This document shows positions 41,961 to 51,858 of a stretch of DNA of 64,000 nucleotides, piece by piece. The stretch lies in the sequence record OQ850289. One strand, given 5' to 3'. The position numbers and the translations under genes are program-made. The stretch comes from Escherichia phage vB_EcoM_ULIM3. The notes beneath the pieces were generated by a model, which was given only the letters and a program-made list of their open reading frames with translations, was not told the DNA's origin and did no database searches. How positions within the stretch are numbered: the first letter of the stretch is position 1; each line of letters starts with the position of its first letter.

Positions 41961-42175
41961 AGTAAACTCTCAATATTTACACGCTCACCTTTCAAGTATC
42001 CTGTCTTATCTTTTGCGATTTTGCCTCCAGCGATAAAGATATCTACTCTACGTAGAACTTCAGGGTTTACCTTCAAATTCCTACAGCTACTGCAAAGAAC
42101 AATAAACAGCCCTTCAATCTCTTTTTGAGAGTAACCAGCACATTGCAACTGGACTTCAATTTCTGAAAGTGTCAT
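41957..42175 (-). CDS. hypothetical protein, paralogue of 41536-41769
   Basis: shared C-terminal GKIAKD.TG.LKGER motif. Confidence 0.5.
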   Translation of the reverse strand: MTLSEIEVQLQCAGYSQKEIEGLFIVLCSSCRNLKVNPEVLRRVDIFIAGGKIAKDKTGYLKGERVNIESLL

Positions 42176-42236
42176 GTGACCTCCTATACAAGATACAGTA
42201 TAAGGTACTCTTCCATGAGCACCTTGTCAATACTAA

Positions 42237-44936
42237 TTAGTGTACTTCAAGCCAGCTTTTACCAACCTTACCAGTACCTGTAACAAGCGTTTCTTTCTTA
42301 AGGCCTAAGTTCTTAGAAGCTTGTCCATAATACCAGTCAGTAACTGCTTTCACTTCTGCCGTCATACTTTCTGGGCATTCCCAACTCGTCTCATCGTGAT
42401 ATGCGCAGAGTAAGCGAGCACCAATAGCTGGTTGACGACCATTCAACTTCATCAAACCTTCGTCAATCATACGACGACAAGCAAGGTTAATTGCCTCATT
42501 TTGAATCTGAGCCTCTGAACCCATCAAAAGATAGTTCAATAATTTGTGTGGAGATTTACACCACAACCAAGCTCCAGCAACCTTTACAAAGCCCCCTTTA
42601 GAAATTGCAGCAGTCTTACCAAACACCTCTTCAAGAGCCTTTTTAGTTGCTTTGTAGTCAGCTTCCAAGTCATCTAGTAGCTTCTTAATTTTAGGCAAAC
42701 GGATAAAGTAAGTCTGTTTAGTCAGCGCACCTTCCTGAGTAGTCGCAGCTTTAATCGTCTTAGCAAACTTCTCATCACCTGCACCGAATAGCAGTGCATA
42801 GATACCATTCTTAGCTTTCTTACGACCTTTGCTAATCTCATGAAGAAGATTCTCATCCTGAGTAGCTCGACAAGTCAAGATGTCCTGCTCATCGTTCAAG
42901 CTAAAGTAGATACTGTTCAGTGTATGTGCATCAGTCCCTGAATAGACAACGTACAGGTCATTCTCAGAGTCATAGCGAAGGTACTTATCAATCTCTGGGT
43001 TTAGGTACTCATCAAAATGTTTGCAGTAATAGCGTCCATCTTCTTGACGAATGAACTCAATCTCTTCTTTACCTTGCGTTACCGCTTTGGTGAAGTCTTT
43101 GTCACCCATAAAGTTACAAAGGAGAACTAGCTGGGCTGAGTTCATGTCTACAGAGACAACGTTAGTACCTTCTTCACAAATCCACACTGCCCTCATTGGT
43201 TCCCCATAGACAGCAGCACCAGATGGTACGTTTACAATACCATATTGTGTCATACGTCCAGTTGAAGTACCAAACACCATTGCACCAGCACTAAGGCGAC
43301 CATCGGGACGAATCTGGTTCAACCAACCTTTTTCATCATCCTTTGAGTTCTCAATAGTTCTGCGTCGGTGCATCAAAGTATAGTACTTAGCAATCTTCTG
43401 TCCAAGTTCACCTTCAATCGTATCATAAGATGATTCAGTAAGTTTTGGTGAAGTACGGATTAAGCAAGGCTCAAGCAAATCTGTGTATTTCTTCACAGAC
43501 CAGTTATGCTCAATGTACTGGACACCTTCATGTTCAACATAACTTAAACCACATCGTTCCACCATTTCCTGCCACTTAGGATGTTTTGTAATCATCTTTT
43601 TATTGTCTTTGAAACGACAAACTTTGACAGGGCGACCGTCTGAGTCTTTCTTGTAGTTCCAGTCATCTGGAATCCAACCAACTGATTTCAAGTAGTCTTT
43701 AACAACTGCTACCTGAGTCATACGAGAAACTTCAAACTCAATTGGTGTATATGGTGCATCAATCAAACCTGTGTAGCGACTTGACTCAAGTTCAAAGTGG
43801 TTAACAACGTGGCTGTTATAGTACTTCACAGTTTTGACTGTTTTTACTGGCTTCCAGTCTTTGCACTTCTTACCAATCTTTGCATTCAACTCATTGCAAA
43901 TTGCACGAGCATCCTTCATTGCTACAAAACCTTCCTTGTACTCTTCACCAGTTACAGAGTTGGTTGGTGTATAGCAATTTCTCTTTTCAATGTTAAAAAT
44001 CTTCGTAGTTGGCTTACCAAATGGTTTGATTTCGTATGTCTGCATCTCACCATTACGTACCTGCTGACGATACTTTGTCTTAGGGTACTTGGTAATTCTT
44101 TTCAGTCCATCTGCATGACCAAATGTTTCAACATACTCATTCCAAGCTTTTGCAAACTCTTCTCCAGTGACTTTACCTTTGGTCTTAATAGTTGGAGGTA
44201 GATGTGGTTCAACCTCTGAAGCAAGCTCATTAGTCAACTTGTCAAGTTCCTTTACATGGAACTCCATAAGCTCTTTATCAGCTTTCCAACCATTGATAGC
44301 TTGCTGGCTCATCCAGAAAGATGTCTCTTTAGCTCGCATGTAGGTTTCATAAGTGTCTATGCCACACTTCTTAAGCTTGAGATACTCGTTATCAAGTGCC
44401 CGTTTAGTTTTGGCGTTAATACGGATATCTTCTACAACACGAGTGAAGATTTCTGCATTCCACACACCCCAATGCTCAATCTCTGGCTTACGAACACCAA
44501 CACGAGCACCCCATGCAGCCAAGCCATGAGCACCTTTATAACCCTTTGGAGTTGGTCTATCCATCCACTGAACACGAGACTGGATAAGAGAATCCTGAAA
44601 GAAATTACTCCACGGCTTACACTTTGGATTATCAAAGTTCCATAAATCAGGTGCAATGTGATTAAAAACCCACCAGTCATAACCGAGACCGTTATGGATG
44701 CAAAGACGTTTCGCCTTTAATGCAAACTCAATACCTTCACGCAAACCACCCTTAATGTACTTGGTGTACTTGTGACCGAGGATAGGCTCATCTGTAAAAA
44801 CCCATACAGGTGGCTCTTCATCATCAGATTTATAGTCTGCGAAAGCCATTACGTGCACTTTAGTGAACTCAAGGAGTAAACCATCAGTTTCTGTATCACC
44901 AACTAAATGTAAGTTTTTAAAATCTACGTTTTCCAT
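42237..44936 (-). CDS. DNA polymerase, family A, with 3'-5' exonuclease domain
   Basis: exo motif VGDTETDGL; motif B-like KGRKKAKNGIYALLFGAG; motif C YHDE; start set at ATG 44936 with AGAGGGAG RBS. Confidence 0.85.
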   Translation of the reverse strand: MENVDFKNLHLVGDTETDGLLLEFTKVHVMAFADYKSDDEEPPVWVFTDEPILGHKYTKYIKGGLREGIEFALKAKRLCIHNGLGYDWWVFNHIAPDLWNFDNPKCKPWSNFFQDSLIQSRVQWMDRPTPKGYKGAHGLAAWGARVGVRKPEIEHWGVWNAEIFTRVVEDIRINAKTKRALDNEYLKLKKCGIDTYETYMRAKETSFWMSQQAINGWKADKELMEFHVKELDKLTNELASEVEPHLPPTIKTKGKVTGEEFAKAWNEYVETFGHADGLKRITKYPKTKYRQQVRNGEMQTYEIKPFGKPTTKIFNIEKRNCYTPTNSVTGEEYKEGFVAMKDARAICNELNAKIGKKCKDWKPVKTVKTVKYYNSHVVNHFELESSRYTGLIDAPYTPIEFEVSRMTQVAVVKDYLKSVGWIPDDWNYKKDSDGRPVKVCRFKDNKKMITKHPKWQEMVERCGLSYVEHEGVQYIEHNWSVKKYTDLLEPCLIRTSPKLTESSYDTIEGELGQKIAKYYTLMHRRRTIENSKDDEKGWLNQIRPDGRLSAGAMVFGTSTGRMTQYGIVNVPSGAAVYGEPMRAVWICEEGTNVVSVDMNSAQLVLLCNFMGDKDFTKAVTQGKEEIEFIRQEDGRYYCKHFDEYLNPEIDKYLRYDSENDLYVVYSGTDAHTLNSIYFSLNDEQDILTCRATQDENLLHEISKGRKKAKNGIYALLFGAGDEKFAKTIKAATTQEGALTKQTYFIRLPKIKKLLDDLEADYKATKKALEEVFGKTAAISKGGFVKVAGAWLWCKSPHKLLNYLLMGSEAQIQNEAINLACRRMIDEGLMKLNGRQPAIGARLLCAYHDETSWECPESMTAEVKAVTDWYYGQASKNLGLKKETLVTGTGKVGKSWLEVH

Positions 44937-44995
44937 TTTTACTCCCTCTAAAATCATTAACCTCATACATTACTGCAAAAAATTATAAAAAGCAA

Positions 44996-45037
44996 GTTGA
45001 CAATGTACTTGACAAGGTGTTAATCTTTGCGAAGTGG
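44996..45037 (+). promoter_or_regulatory. tandem TTGACA promoter-like block at divergent junction
   Basis: gttgacaatgtacttgacaaggtgt (44996-45020); upstream of first plus-strand replication-block gene. Confidence 0.5.
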
Positions 45038-45193
45038 GTTTTTACTTAAAAGGTTACTTAACAGTTTAACTATACAGATACTTTAAAACTCTTAAAAGAT
45101 TATTTAATAGCTTTTAAAAAGCTTTAAAGTATAACGTATAGAATACGTTAAGATAAAAGATTAAAACTTAATAGTTACTTAAAAGAGGCTTAC

Positions 45194-45616
45194 ATGCAGA
45201 AAATGTTTGTTCACCCAGACATAGCTGACTTTGTTAGAGCTTTGCAGAAGTTGGAAGAACTTGACATTGCTGCTCAACGGGAATATGCTCACCATCACAG
45301 GAGAATGGTTGATATACAACATGAAATAGAGTTGTCTGAAAACTATGAAGATGACTTAAAATGCTCTGTATTTGAGCATATGAAAGATGTTGCTACAGCT
45401 AGACGTAAAGCTAAAGACACAGTTGCTTTACTAGATTCTCTTAAAAAGAGGTTGCAAAGTGGTACAGACCTGTGTAATCTAGCGTCACTGATTAATGATG
45501 TTGAAACTTCTTGGGATAGACATTACTATCCACGTTCTGAAAAGACACTTGACTTTTCTTCATCCGAAAACTTAAAATGTTCTAGAAAGAAACTTAACCA
45601 ACTGAGAGAGAAATAA
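45194..45616 (+). CDS. hypothetical protein
   Basis: 140-aa ORF, first gene after divergent promoter region. Confidence 0.45.
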   Translation: MQKMFVHPDIADFVRALQKLEELDIAAQREYAHHHRRMVDIQHEIELSENYEDDLKCSVFEHMKDVATARRKAKDTVALLDSLKKRLQSGTDLCNLASLINDVETSWDRHYYPRSEKTLDFSSSENLKCSRKKLNQLREK

Positions 45617-45617
45617 T

Positions 45618-46430
45618 ATGAATATCAATGTAGAACAAATGCTTGAAGAAAAAGGTATTGACGAAGCATTCTTAATCAATGCCGTAGAAAGCATGGCTAT
45701 GATTCTTCGTGGAAACAACTATACAGAACAGTTTATGCCTGCAAGCTATAACCTGCCTAAAGACAAGTCTGATAACGGTGCTTTTGCAGAACAGGTTAAT
45801 ATGATGCTGTGTGACAAAACACTTGCTTTAGCATCTATTGTTGTAGGTGTTGATGCTCTTGCAGAGTTCATTTTTTATGAGATGCAGAAAAATGACTATA
45901 TCGCCATGACCTCTGAAGAAAAAGACTCGCTACTGCTCTTAGGTTATGATGAGCTAGTTAACCTATTAATTTCGTCAACGAGTGCTGTTATGGCTGCTCT
46001 TGAGAAGCGCATGGAAGAGAAGCTGTCACGATATGGAAAACTTGATTGGGGTGTAGAGGAATTAAACCCACGAATCAAAGAGATTATCCAGCAAACCAAA
46101 GATTCTTTGGAAGAAGCTGTAAAAAATGATTCTGTAGCTGACATAGAGCCACTTCAGGTGAAAGTTGCATTGATGATTCCAGCCATCTCCACGATGATGA
46201 ATATCGTTGCACTAATCCAGCTTTCACAGATGATGGGCACAAGCATTGAGTTCATTGAGAGTATGACTGGTGGTGTGAGTATGCAAGCAATCAATGATGT
46301 TCTGGTGAGCATTGGTGCTTCAATCATTGAAGAGAAGCTGCGCATTAACTTTGGTGATGATTTTGTGAAGCAAATCTCAGCTATGGCTGAAAAAGAGTAT
46401 TCACAGACTAATACTGACCAACTGCACTAA
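45618..46430 (+). CDS. hypothetical protein
   Basis: 270-aa ORF. Confidence 0.45.
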   Translation: MNINVEQMLEEKGIDEAFLINAVESMAMILRGNNYTEQFMPASYNLPKDKSDNGAFAEQVNMMLCDKTLALASIVVGVDALAEFIFYEMQKNDYIAMTSEEKDSLLLLGYDELVNLLISSTSAVMAALEKRMEEKLSRYGKLDWGVEELNPRIKEIIQQTKDSLEEAVKNDSVADIEPLQVKVALMIPAISTMMNIVALIQLSQMMGTSIEFIESMTGGVSMQAINDVLVSIGASIIEEKLRINFGDDFVKQISAMAEKEYSQTNTDQLH

Positions 46431-46447
46431 GTCTTTATAAACCTTAC

Positions 46448-46472
46448 AAGCCTCCTTAGTTGGGGGCTTTTT
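46448..46472 (+). terminator. intrinsic terminator
   Basis: aagcctcc-ttagtt-gggggctt 8-bp stem followed by TTT. Confidence 0.6.
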
Positions 46473-46491
46473 AGTAATTAAGGGAGATAGA

Positions 46492-47235
46492 ATGAGTAAT
46501 ATTATCGCATTTACTGGAAAGGCACGTTCTGGAAAAGACACCTCATGTTCTATTGTTAAGAATATCCTAGAAGATGAGTATGGCTACAATGTTGCAGTAA
46601 TGGCCTATGCAGACAACCTTAAACTCTCTGCATCAAGGATATTTGACTTGACTTGGAATGACCTGTACGGTGAAACTAAAGAGACTCCACAGGTTTTTGA
46701 TTTATCATACTCTGAACTGATGTTCAAGGTCACAGAAGCTATGGAGTTTACCTTCAGAGGCGAACGTTATCATACGGACTTCAAACTCATGTCAGAGTTA
46801 ACCGGACGATTAATTATGGAACTAAAGAAGGTTGCTAAACCGACTCTATTAACACGTCTGGGATTTAGTAAAAAGTATAAATTTTCATCAAGACAGATTC
46901 AACAGATTTGGGGTACTGAAGTTATCCGTAAAGTTATGGGTGACAAATTCTGGGCTAAAGACCTCGAAAAACGAATGGTAAATTTCTTTGACGTTTGCTC
47001 ACTTAAGAATCAGGACGGTGTTGTTTTAATCAGTGACTTAAGGTTTGACTCTGAAGCTGAGTGGCTGAGCAGATTTGCACACCAAACTATTGAAGTAAAA
47101 AGAGACAATGTGGATAAGGTTTCGTCACATGTTTCAGAAAATGGGATTTCTACCAAATATGCGCGTGACATTATTCATAATAATGGTACTCTTGCAGACC
47201 TTGAAAGCAAGTTAAGAGCTATCCTGAAAATTTAA
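46492..47235 (+). CDS. P-loop kinase, dNMP-kinase-like
   Basis: N-terminal IIAFTGKARSGKDT resembles the T4 dNMP kinase P-loop as I recall it. Confidence 0.55.
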   Translation: MSNIIAFTGKARSGKDTSCSIVKNILEDEYGYNVAVMAYADNLKLSASRIFDLTWNDLYGETKETPQVFDLSYSELMFKVTEAMEFTFRGERYHTDFKLMSELTGRLIMELKKVAKPTLLTRLGFSKKYKFSSRQIQQIWGTEVIRKVMGDKFWAKDLEKRMVNFFDVCSLKNQDGVVLISDLRFDSEAEWLSRFAHQTIEVKRDNVDKVSSHVSENGISTKYARDIIHNNGTLADLESKLRAILKI

Positions 47236-47243
47236 AAGAGAGA

Positions 47244-47444
47244 ATGAAGATGAGAGTAAAAGATAATTTTAAAGTTATTGACCATCGTTTAGTGGAACTC
47301 TCATCTCTTTCCAATGAGGTAATGATTGAACGTCTTAAGAGAGTTGAATCACGAAGGAAAGAGATTGCAGATGAGATTCATGAACTGGACAAGATTGAAA
47401 ATGGATTGAAGGCAGAACTACAACGAAGAGGTGCTAATGTCTAA
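47244..47444 (+). CDS. hypothetical coiled-coil protein
   Basis: 66-aa ORF. Confidence 0.35.
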   Translation: MKMRVKDNFKVIDHRLVELSSLSNEVMIERLKRVESRRKEIADEIHELDKIENGLKAELQRRGANV

Positions 47445-49422
47445 AGGTCGTAAATTGAAAGAGGCTGGTCAGTTTGTTGGTCATTGTGCATGTCCACGTT
47501 GTGGTTCATCAGATGCTGGTTCAATCTACCATCACGACGATGATTCTTATTCAATGACTTGCTTTAGTTGTAATAAAGGTTTCCCAGAGTGGGATTTTGA
47601 TAAAGGACAAATTGTGAGCACTTATTCTACTGGTTCAGATAATAAAAACCGTACTTTCCGTGGGATGGATTTAGACGATGTAAAAGAAAACCTTGAAGCA
47701 ATGGACTTGAAAGACAGGAAGATTCCTGCAAAAGTTCTTGAACGCTTAGGTATCAAGGTTGACATTGACAGTGATGGTGAAATTGATGCACATTTCTATC
47801 CGACTTACAAACGTAATGAAGATGGCAAACTAGAACATGTTGGCTACCGTGTTCGTCACCGTTACCCAGAGGACCATCCAAAAGAACACCTACGTGGTAA
47901 GCTAAAAGACTTTTCAGGTGGTGTTGGAGACATTAAAGGTGAACTGGCAATGTTCGGTTCATGGATTGCTCCAGAAGGTGGCAACCGTCTATTCATCTGG
48001 GAAGGTGAGATGGAATGTGCTACGGCAATCTACATGACTTCTCTGGCAATTAAAGATAAGTCTCGTCGTAAGAACTACTGTCACGTATCTGTTCCATCAG
48101 GTGCAAACATTAAGTCTATCAAAGACAACTATCAGTACATTACATCATTTGATGAGATTTACTTGTGCTTTGATAACGATGAAGCAGGTGCTAAAGCAAC
48201 AAAAGAGGCTGCTGGCATCCTACCTATTGAGAAGGTTCGTTTATTCCAGTATCCAGAAGGTGTAAAAGACCTTAATGAATGGTGGACAAAGTTCTATAAA
48301 GAGAAAGATACAGTTCTGGAAGGGTTTAAGCAGCGTATCTACAATGCACCTCGTTACTGCCCTGCTGGTATCAAGAACTTTGCAGACGGTTTTGAGGCAA
48401 TGAAGAATCGTGGTCAGATTCCATTGATTCCTTTTCCAGAATCTTTCGGAGACTTGAACAGGCTAACTTACGGTGGTTACGGTTTAGGTGAGATTACGAC
48501 TATTGCAGCACCATCTTCAGTAGGTAAGTCAGCTTACACTCGTGAGATGATTTATTCAGCTTGGAAAGAAACTGATTATAATATCGGTGTAATTCCTGTA
48601 GAAGATACCTATGAAGAGTTGATGGAAATGCTCTGTGCAATCCACCTGAGCAAACAGATTTCTGAGATTCCTTATGATGAACGGGATTGGGATGAATTAA
48701 AGGGAGCACACGCAGAGCTTTCAAAAGGTCGTCGCATCCATATCGTTGACCATCAAGGGGCGATTGACCAAGATAACCTGCTGGAGTTTGTTGACTATCT
48801 TGTTAACAGTTTAGACTGTAAGATTATTATTCTTGACCCTATTACATTGGCTCTGTCACGTTCTGATACGGATGAAGAGGAAGTCTTGTCTGAACTATTG
48901 CGTCGTTGCAAACGCTACCAGTATGCACAGGTAAACGTTTGTCACGTTCGTAAGAGTGCAGGTGGTCAGAAAGCTAACTCTGAAGGTGGAGATATCTCTG
49001 AAGAGGATATTAAGGGTTCTGGTGCGTATTTCCAGATTTCCATGAACAACATTCTGTTAATGCGTAACAAGGTTGACCCAGACCCTGTTAAGAAAAACTT
49101 GACAAAAATCAAGTTAACTAAGTGTCGTCGTCATGGTAAGTCAACAGGTATTGCTGGTCATACTTGGTACAATCCAGACACAGGACGTCTTATCAAAGCT
49201 TCTGGATGTGGTGTTGACATTGATGGTGCAGCAGAAAATATTCGTCAACAGTTTGGTATTGGTGAAGCTGAAGACCATTATGACGACTCTTTACCTCATT
49301 ATGAGGATGAAGTGTTTGACCGTGAGACTGGTGAAGTCTATACTGAAGAACAGCGTCAAAGCTCAACGATTCCACCTGTATTAAGTGAGGATGCAGATGA
49401 CTGCCCGTTTGAAACTGAGTGA
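47431..49422 (+). CDS. bifunctional primase-helicase (T7 gp4-like)
   Basis: N-terminal Cys4 zinc ribbon (CPRCGSSD...CFSCNKGF); helicase Walker A APSSVGKS and Walker B IIILDP. Confidence 0.85.
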   Translation: MLMSKGRKLKEAGQFVGHCACPRCGSSDAGSIYHHDDDSYSMTCFSCNKGFPEWDFDKGQIVSTYSTGSDNKNRTFRGMDLDDVKENLEAMDLKDRKIPAKVLERLGIKVDIDSDGEIDAHFYPTYKRNEDGKLEHVGYRVRHRYPEDHPKEHLRGKLKDFSGGVGDIKGELAMFGSWIAPEGGNRLFIWEGEMECATAIYMTSLAIKDKSRRKNYCHVSVPSGANIKSIKDNYQYITSFDEIYLCFDNDEAGAKATKEAAGILPIEKVRLFQYPEGVKDLNEWWTKFYKEKDTVLEGFKQRIYNAPRYCPAGIKNFADGFEAMKNRGQIPLIPFPESFGDLNRLTYGGYGLGEITTIAAPSSVGKSAYTREMIYSAWKETDYNIGVIPVEDTYEELMEMLCAIHLSKQISEIPYDERDWDELKGAHAELSKGRRIHIVDHQGAIDQDNLLEFVDYLVNSLDCKIIILDPITLALSRSDTDEEEVLSELLRRCKRYQYAQVNVCHVRKSAGGQKANSEGGDISEEDIKGSGAYFQISMNNILLMRNKVDPDPVKKNLTKIKLTKCRRHGKSTGIAGHTWYNPDTGRLIKASGCGVDIDGAAENIRQQFGIGEAEDHYDDSLPHYEDEVFDRETGEVYTEEQRQSSTIPPVLSEDADDCPFETE

Positions 49423-49674
49423 TAGTTACAAAAGAGAGGGGTTCATACCCTTCTTTGAAGAAAAAAGTTTAAATGAATTTCAGGAAGAGTGTTTGACAAA
49501 GGTTGATAGGTTCTATAGAATGCTCTACATGAAATGTGATGGAGGCGTTGAGGTAGAAGAAAAGTTCCATCACAGTATGATAACAGTCACTATTACTATA
49601 CCTCGACATAATATTGGTTGGCTGTTTATAATTAAAGAAAATGTGTTTGAATATCAAGTATATCGGAGAATATC

Positions 49675-49824
49675 ATGAAACACTCTAAAGCATTTGAACA
49701 AGTTTTTGGGGATTCCTTAAAAGCCACTGCTGGTAAACCAGCAAAATACTATGAAGAGAAGCGTGTAAGAACTGGAAAAACTGCACGTAAAGCAGCTTCT
49801 AAAGATAAGCACAACTTCCAGTAA
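49675..49824 (+). CDS. small basic protein (below ORF-track cutoff)
   Basis: 49-aa ORF MKHSKAFEQVF... with GGAG RBS 7 nt upstream. Confidence 0.3.
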   Translation: MKHSKAFEQVFGDSLKATAGKPAKYYEEKRVRTGKTARKAASKDKHNFQ

Positions 49825-49896
49825 TTAATGTTTGACAATAGAGTATCAACAAATTAGAATTGGTACTCTTCATAAATTGAGATAGAGGTTTAAATA

Positions 49897-50754
49897 ATGT
49901 CTAAAGTTGTTAAAATGAAAGCTCCGGTAGAGAAGTACAACGGCACTGAACGTCAAACTCTGCGTTACCTTCTGAAAGATGTCTGGTTTTATTACCTGAA
50001 CACTTCACCACGTCCGGGAAAAGGTAAATCTATTGATAAGAAATTCCCAGGCAAAGACTGTAACTACAGCGTATCAATTCTGGCAGAAGACGGTAACAAA
50101 CTTTTTAAAGAGTTTACTAAGTCTAAGAAAAATCCAGAAGGCTGGGATAAAGTTACTACTGAAGCAGTTGATGCAGATGACTTCGAAGAGAAGTTTGGTT
50201 GTAAACCACCTTTTGAAGCAGACACTTACTACATCTTGAAAGTAAGTCGTGCAGCAGCTTATAAAGATGGTGCTGTATGGACAGCTAAACAGTCATTCCC
50301 TGTAATGCTGATTGAAGAAGTAAATGGTAAGCGTGTAGCTGTTAAACAGCCGATGAAGAAAATCAAAGCTCAAGCATCTGATAAACATGAAGATGACAAG
50401 AACTATGATGTAATTCATCCAGATATTGCAGTTGGTAACGGTTCTTTCGGTAGTGTGATTCTCTCTACTCACTTCTACACTTTTGAGAACAATGTTCTGA
50501 CAAAACCTATTCAGGAACAGTTTATCATTGATACTCTTGTACCTTACACTGGTGGTAACGGTGCTAATGGTGAACCTGAACTGGATGAAGATGAACTGGC
50601 TATGCTTGGCCTTGACGGTGTTGAAGATAACGGTGAAATCACTGAAGAAGACGCAACAGACCACAAACCTTCGAATAATTCTGATGATGGTGACGATGAA
50701 GACTTGCCAGACCCAGATGACGAAGAAGATGAAGACTTCGATACAGAAGACTAA
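49897..50754 (+). CDS. single-stranded DNA-binding protein (T7 gp2.5-like, putative)
   Basis: position between helicase and exonuclease; strongly acidic C-terminal tail ending DEEDEDFDTED. Confidence 0.55.
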   Translation: MSKVVKMKAPVEKYNGTERQTLRYLLKDVWFYYLNTSPRPGKGKSIDKKFPGKDCNYSVSILAEDGNKLFKEFTKSKKNPEGWDKVTTEAVDADDFEEKFGCKPPFEADTYYILKVSRAAAYKDGAVWTAKQSFPVMLIEEVNGKRVAVKQPMKKIKAQASDKHEDDKNYDVIHPDIAVGNGSFGSVILSTHFYTFENNVLTKPIQEQFIIDTLVPYTGGNGANGEPELDEDELAMLGLDGVEDNGEITEEDATDHKPSNNSDDGDDEDLPDPDDEEDEDFDTED

Positions 50755-50772
50755 TCTCTAAAAAGTTACTTT

Positions 50773-50802
50773 AAAGCCCTGTACTTAGTATGGGGCTTTT
50801 TC
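50773..50802 (+). terminator. intrinsic terminator
   Basis: aaagccc...gggcttt stem with trailing T-tract. Confidence 0.5.
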
Positions 50803-50817
50803 ATATGGAGAGCCATA

Positions 50818-51858
50818 ATGGAGAAGTACACATTAACAAAACTTCCCGATTCAGTTACACATGTTTTTATTGACTCTGACAGTATTGCCTATAAAGGTGC
50901 TTGTGTAGTTGAGAAAGCAAAATATAAATATGTCAATAAACTCACAGCAGAGGAATCTGATTCGTTTGATAATGCAAAAGATGCTGCAAGATGGTTAGCA
51001 GACCAGAGAATCCTTGTGGAAGAGCTTGGCCTGACATTTGATGAAGATGAATGGGAAAGACAGACTTGGAAAGAAGCTAAGAGTGAGAAAGAAGCTATCA
51101 TGGCGACTCAACAGGTGCTTCAGGAATGGCTTAAGGTTGTTGGTAAAGAAAGAACTTGGGTGGGTTATTTAACAGAGAAAGGTGTGCATAAGCATAAAGA
51201 CATTAAAGGTCTTGAGCACCAATATCAAGGTAACCGTAAAGATGCTGTCACACCAACACACTTAGTTGCTTGTCGTGAATATCTTCTGTCAAGACCAGAG
51301 TTCAAACTCTTAAGGGGTGGCTTCGAAGCCGATTCAATCGTAATTGCTAAAGCTGAAAAGATGGGTAAGAAAGCTGCTCTTATGAGTATTGACAAAGACC
51401 TTCGACAAGCTGAAGGGACTTATTGTATTGATATGACTTATGAAAAGTCACCACTGATTTTTATTGCTGACAACAATGTTGGTGATATCTGGGATTGCCC
51501 TATCAAATCAAAACCAAAAGCTGCAAAAACAGTTGGTGTAGGTTTTAAATTCTTGTGTTATCAGGCTGTTGCTGGAGATAATGCAGACAACTACTTTGGC
51601 CTTAAAGGTGCTGGTAAAGTAGCTGTGATGAATGCTTTAGATGGTAAAGAGACCTACAAAGAGTGTCTTGATGCTATCTATGAACTCTATGCTAAAAAAG
51701 AGTCTTACACCTATGTGTCATGGGATGGACAGACTGTTACCAAAACACCATTAGAGTTAATGGAACAACATTTCTGGGTAGCATATCAAGAGAGAAATCC
51801 AAAAGATAATTTCTCTTTTAAGAAATATAATTGGGAGCCGTGTATGAATGAAGATTAA
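50818..51858 (+). CDS. 5'-3' exonuclease / flap endonuclease
   Basis: N-terminal VFIDSDSIAYKGA (PIN-like) and ADSIVIA...SIDKDLRQ motifs typical of FEN/Pol I 5' nuclease. Confidence 0.65.
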   Translation: MEKYTLTKLPDSVTHVFIDSDSIAYKGACVVEKAKYKYVNKLTAEESDSFDNAKDAARWLADQRILVEELGLTFDEDEWERQTWKEAKSEKEAIMATQQVLQEWLKVVGKERTWVGYLTEKGVHKHKDIKGLEHQYQGNRKDAVTPTHLVACREYLLSRPEFKLLRGGFEADSIVIAKAEKMGKKAALMSIDKDLRQAEGTYCIDMTYEKSPLIFIADNNVGDIWDCPIKSKPKAAKTVGVGFKFLCYQAVAGDNADNYFGLKGAGKVAVMNALDGKETYKECLDAIYELYAKKESYTYVSWDGQTVTKTPLELMEQHFWVAYQERNPKDNFSFKKYNWEPCMNED

